Of a DNA stretch of 64,000 nt, positions 61,983-64,000 are shown in pieces (positions within the stretch are counted from its first letter, which is position 1; every line of letters starts with the position of its first letter). The notes below the pieces were generated by a model, which was given only the letters and a program-made list of their open reading frames with translations, searched no databases and had not been told where the DNA came from. Position numbers and translations under genes: made by a program. Location of the stretch: the NCBI GenBank assembly GCA_001603005.1, contig LVAJ01000028.1, forward strand, positions 14,073-78,072, read 5' to 3'. Origin of the DNA: Clostridiales bacterium Firm_04. Its GTDB lineage: Bacteria > Bacillota > Clostridia > Oscillospirales > Ruminococcaceae.

Positions 61983-63638
61983 ATGCTCAAACTGAAAAAA
62001 CAGACGCAGCGCACACTGATATTTTTCTGCTTTCTGCTGCTGGGCGGCGCCTGCCACACTGCGGATAAGATCACGCACGGCAGCGGATCTTTTGCGCTGA
62101 GTGCGCTGATGTTCTGCGCTGTCCTGCTGATCTATTCCGGTCTGATCCTGTTCTGGATGCAGTCTGTCCGCCGCCGGCTGCTGCCGTCCCGCGCAAGATC
62201 CTGCATGATGACTGCCGGAAGGCTGATGCTGCTGTTTCTGGCGGTTCGGGCATTCAAATACAGAATGGTGCCGACCTCTGCGGCGTGGCTGATCCGCCTG
62301 AGCTGGTATCTCTACTATATCCCGATCATCCTGATCCCGACGCTGTTCATGATGACCTGCCTGTCCTTTGCGGAAAGCAGCGGAGAGCAAAGCCGCGTCC
62401 GGCGATCCCCGCTGGTCTTCGGCTGGATGCTGGCGGCGGGCATCCTGACAAATGACCTGCATCATCTGGCGTTTGTGCCGAATATCGCGGATACACTGTT
62501 TGTCGGCGGCGATACTTCCTATACACACGGACCGCTGTTCTACGCGGCATATATCTGGGCAGGATGCATGATCTTCGCCGGCGTGGTCATTCAGATCGCC
62601 TTTTCCCGCAAAACAGGCAATCTGAAAAAAGCCGCGAGTCCGTTTCTCTGTGTGCTGCTGATCCCGCTCCTGACGGCGGTCAACAACTTTGTCCACATCA
62701 TCTGGCTTCCGGAGCCGTATAAAATGCCGGAGATCCTGATTTTCTGCATGATCGGTGTCTTTGAGACATGCATCCGGAACCGGCTGTTTCCGCACAACGA
62801 AAAATACGATGTGTTTTTCTCGCAGCTTGCGCTGCCGGTCAGCATTACGGATCGGGCGCTGTCACCGCTGTATCAGTCTGCGATCCCTGTTTCTGCGGAC
62901 AAATCGCAGCTTTCGCAGGCGATCGGCTCCTATCTTTATCCGGAACCGGATATGCGGCTTTCCGGCATGGCATTGAATGCAGGCTATGTGTTCTATGCCG
63001 AGGATGAAAGCAGCCTGCACCGGCTGAATGAGGAGCTGGAGGATGCAAATGATCTGCTTTCTATGGAAAATGAGCTGCTCATTCATGAGCAGGCACTCGT
63101 TGAGGAGCGCGCTGCGATCGAAGCACGGAACCGGCTTTACGACAAGGCTTCCGCTGCGGTCTATCCGGCGCAGAAGCGCATCGCGGAAATGCTGAAGCAG
63201 ATGCAGCCGCATGCCGCATCGTTCCGCGGGGATCTGGCAAGGGTGCTTTTCATGACGGCGTTCGTCAAGCGCAAGGCGAATTTCGTGATGCTGCATGCGG
63301 AGCACGGAAGCATTCCGCGGGAGGAGCTTGCCGTCGCGCTGAAGGAATCCGTGCATTATCTGCGCTATTGCAGCATTGACGCAGCTGTCAGCGTGTTTGC
63401 TGCAAACGATTTTTCGTGCGGCACGGCAATGGCGGTCTATGACTGCTTTGAAACGGTGACGGAATTGCTGTTCGGCAGCATCTCCGAGCTGCTGGTGCGC
63501 GTGACGGAAACAGAGCTGCTGATCCTCGCGGATGCGGAACAGCCGCCGCCCATTCCGGAGCTGCCGCTGCCGTTTACCTCTACCGCCGAAGACGGGCAGC
63601 TGACTGTCCGCGTGCAGATCGGGGGTGACGCGTCATGA
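61983..63638 (+). CDS. 551-aa polytopic membrane protein (about 7-8 TM) with C-terminal coiled-coil and kinase-like but apparently degenerate domain
   Basis: The start is chosen downstream of the consensus promoter. The hydrophobic N-terminal ~330 aa are followed by NEELEDANDLLSMENELLIHEQALVEERAAIEARNRLYD.... I see no clear H-box or G-box. Confidence 0.6.
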   Translation: MLKLKKQTQRTLIFFCFLLLGGACHTADKITHGSGSFALSALMFCAVLLIYSGLILFWMQSVRRRLLPSRARSCMMTAGRLMLLFLAVRAFKYRMVPTSAAWLIRLSWYLYYIPIILIPTLFMMTCLSFAESSGEQSRVRRSPLVFGWMLAAGILTNDLHHLAFVPNIADTLFVGGDTSYTHGPLFYAAYIWAGCMIFAGVVIQIAFSRKTGNLKKAASPFLCVLLIPLLTAVNNFVHIIWLPEPYKMPEILIFCMIGVFETCIRNRLFPHNEKYDVFFSQLALPVSITDRALSPLYQSAIPVSADKSQLSQAIGSYLYPEPDMRLSGMALNAGYVFYAEDESSLHRLNEELEDANDLLSMENELLIHEQALVEERAAIEARNRLYDKASAAVYPAQKRIAEMLKQMQPHAASFRGDLARVLFMTAFVKRKANFVMLHAEHGSIPREELAVALKESVHYLRYCSIDAAVSVFAANDFSCGTAMAVYDCFETVTELLFGSISELLVRVTETELLILADAEQPPPIPELPLPFTSTAEDGQLTVRVQIGGDAS

Positions 63639-64000
63639 CGGCATTTTCGGAAGTTTACCGGACGATTCCGGGGATCCTGATGCTGCTTGCCGCGATGCTG
63701 CTGGTGCTCGGTCAGTTCGGGATCCTGCTGCGCGCCGTACAGAAGCCGCGGCAGCCTCATCTGATTTTGCTGGCGGCGCTGCATCTGGCAGCAGGCTTCA
63801 CATTGCTGTTCCTGCTGCTCTACGGAATAGATGAGGCGGATCATTCGGTATTTGATCCGGCACCGCTGCGGCAGGATTTCAGCCGTGTACTGACGGCGGT
63901 CCCGGCGGCAGTCTATGCAGGTGCGGAATGCCTTTCGGCTGGATCGCTCTGCCTGCAAAGCAGGAGCATCCGCAGATACCGCGCACAGCATCTGACGCCC
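63635..64000 (+). CDS. Membrane protein, N-terminal fragment (continues beyond window)
   Basis: The ATG overlaps the upstream stop (ATGA at 63635-63638) and the frame stays open to nt 64000. Product MTAFSEVYRTIPGILMLLAAMLLVLGQFGILL... has at least 2 TM segments. It is absent from the ORF track because no stop falls in the window. Confidence 0.5.
   Translation, partial: MTAFSEVYRTIPGILMLLAAMLLVLGQFGILLRAVQKPRQPHLILLAALHLAAGFTLLFLLLYGIDEADHSVFDPAPLRQDFSRVLTAVPAAVYAGAECLSAGSLCLQSRSIRRYRAQHLTP

Overview
High-GC chromosomal segment, by gene content from a spore-forming, dockerin-using Clostridia (Ruminococcaceae/Oscillospiraceae-like; taxonomy is inference). I saw no rRNA, transposase, integrase or phage genes. 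Left to right: (1) thiamine salvage cluster thiC'-thiW-thiM-thiE-thiD. (2) Two minus-strand secreted dockerin proteins (CotH kinase, BspA-type LRR). (3) An AT-rich ~1 kb non-coding island (8.6-9.6 kb) holding a candidate structured RNA, 10-bp and 11-bp iteron arrays and duplicated promoter cassettes. (4) An ECF-like sigma/anti-sigma pair, adenine deaminase, tRNA-Leu(UAG), two GNATs, fba. (5) A sporulation neighbourhood: spoIIR, an unlisted 40-aa Cys-rich micro-ORF, a Clp ATPase, sigK. (6) FMN-riboswitch-controlled ribU, efp and small genes. (7) An AgrC/LytTR-type two-component system divergent from an operon of three uncharacterised membrane proteins. (8) A second, paralogous sigma/anti-sigma pair. 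(9) A LuxR-type TCS with an ABC-2 exporter, an RTX-dockerin protein, corA and a 1882-aa LRR-dockerin protein built from near-identical DNA repeats. (10) An OmpR-RR/ABC/HK module, a lipoprotein and a GH25 muramidase. (11) A complete type I-C CRISPR-Cas locus (cas3-cas5-cas8c[+nested cas11]-cas7-cas4-cas1-cas2, 9-repeat array). (12) Two membrane proteins. Best candidates for follow-up: the LytTR-controlled membrane-protein module, the non-coding island with its inverted promoter-cassette pairs, a compositionally foreign block inside cas8c, the conserved promoter shared by the two sigma/anti-sigma modules, a promoter-plus-attenuator leader upstream of the CotH gene, and the Cys-rich micro-ORF. 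All protein-family calls come from motif recognition by eye. No database search was run.
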